From positions 10,041,883-10,105,882 of the forward strand of contig NC_083450.1 in NCBI RefSeq assembly GCF_020745735.1: a stretch of DNA of 64,000 nucleotides. The letters run 5' to 3'. Below are positions 62,830 to 64,000 of this stretch, piece by piece; the first letter of the stretch is position 1; each line of letters begins with the position of its first letter. The position numbers and the translations under genes are program-made. The notes below the pieces were generated by a model. It was not told where the DNA came from and did no database searches. It saw only the letters and a list, made by a program, of their open reading frames with translations. Origin of the DNA: Hemiscyllium ocellatum (Eukaryota).

Positions 62830-63067
62830 CAATCACAGTCCGACCAAGAATCTAACCAATTACATGAAAAATTCAAAACCTTTGTTTGCATCTTCCTCGA
62901 TTCAATTCTCCAACTTGTATCCACTCCCCTGACTGTATCTTTGGTTCCTACATAGATACCAATGTTTGGATAACTCCCCACCATTGAAAGTTTCTTCCCA
63001 GCCCTGAGCAAAGGTCCCAAACTCTGGTACTGATCAGGCATCACGGCTGTCTGAGATCACTTAATTT
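62830..63067 (-). pseudogene. Possible heavily decayed V(J) exon
   Basis: Acceptor ttctctgcag|EIK*SQT; HWYL; ILGRTVID near the end. About 100 nt short of a V exon. Confidence 0.25.
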
Positions 63068-64000
63068 CTGCAGAGAATCGCATCAATCTCTCTGACCAGA
63101 CTGCTCGCTACTATCTCTATATTCCTTGTTGCTATCACACTTGAAAAGATTTCTGTATTTCCGTATCATGGTCTGTTAGCTCATCCAGACTGCATCCCAC
63201 ACTTTCATCCAAATATGTTGAAATAATCTGTTCGTGGTTGGGGATGCAAAGGCTGAAGCTCCCATGTGAGGCTCCTTCGTTCTCCAGTTGCATGACATAG
63301 AACAAATAAGAACACCCACAATTCTCTGCGATGAAGGCACTACTTCACTTTATCTGATTTTGCCCTCATTCTTTTTTCACGCCTCCCTTCCTTCACCGTT
63401 TATGTCTTCTGTGGTCCATTACTTATTTTAAATTGATGGAATCACCTTGCATTCGCCTGTCTTTTGGAAATACTCTCTCCAGGATCGTTGACATTTCATC
63501 TCAGAACATGCAACTTTACTCCGGATTTATCATAATATTAAATTATATTTCCTGCTATTTTCTAAGAAGGCTGAAAGCACGGAGTGCCACAGCTACTCTT
63601 CTCTTCATAGATGCAAGCTCACTGCGTGTTATCAATATTCTCTTATTTCATTCAAGCTTGATGCAAACTCAGTATTATTCTTTTACTCCAATACTTGAGT
63701 TTTGACGTTGTTATGACACATAGTAAATCCTTCTGCTAATTTATACACGACACACCGAAAAGATACAACCCATGCCGTAATTTGTGAAAATTTGAGAGGC
63801 CAAGAACGATACCAAAGGTTGCAAAAGTAAAAGTTAAAAACTTTTTAACAGTCTACAACTTTTTAAAAGTCTAACAGCGAATAATTAACTAACAAGTATT
63901 TACAACTCCCTTCTCTAACCTGTCTTTTACTTTCAGTTCTATGCACCTCGTCCAATAAAACCCTTGTTAAGATTTACCAAAAAATTCAAATTTCAAAACA

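Noticed and set aside
1-64000. CRISPR array, tRNA or rRNA genes
   Set aside because: No spacer-repeat array; tRNA-like sequences are SINE heads or PBSs

Overview
Repeat-dominated vertebrate genomic DNA, almost certainly from a shark or ray. This rests on HE1-type tRNA-derived V-SINEs with (AATCT)n tails, CR1/HER1-type LINEs with (TTCTATG)n tails, and a GPR139/142-like GPCR of the type expanded in sharks. Much of the window is transposable elements, often nested: three Gypsy LTR elements (two with clear integrase-before-RT, Gmr1-like order), many CR1 pieces, and two families of Penelope-like elements (RT + GIY-YIG) whose ends carry minimal hammerhead ribozymes. The latter include TSD-flanked 94-220 bp ribozyme-only inserts and a near-perfect 185-bp hairpin. 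Host-gene material: (i) a non-rearranging antigen-receptor-like gene (leader, germline-fused VJ, decayed C1, TM) at 23.8-26.1 kb, whose leader, VJ and TM exons are open and phase-compatible, so C1 skipping would give an intact 162-aa single-VJ membrane protein; (ii) a more decayed probable paralog on the minus strand at 60.4-63.1 kb, interleaved with exon 1 of a GPR139-like gene; (iii) a GPR139-like pseudogene exon at 5.1-6.0 kb; (iv) two decayed copies of an unidentified long coding exon inside an old local duplication. All calls were made by eye with no database searches, and TE boundaries are approximate.
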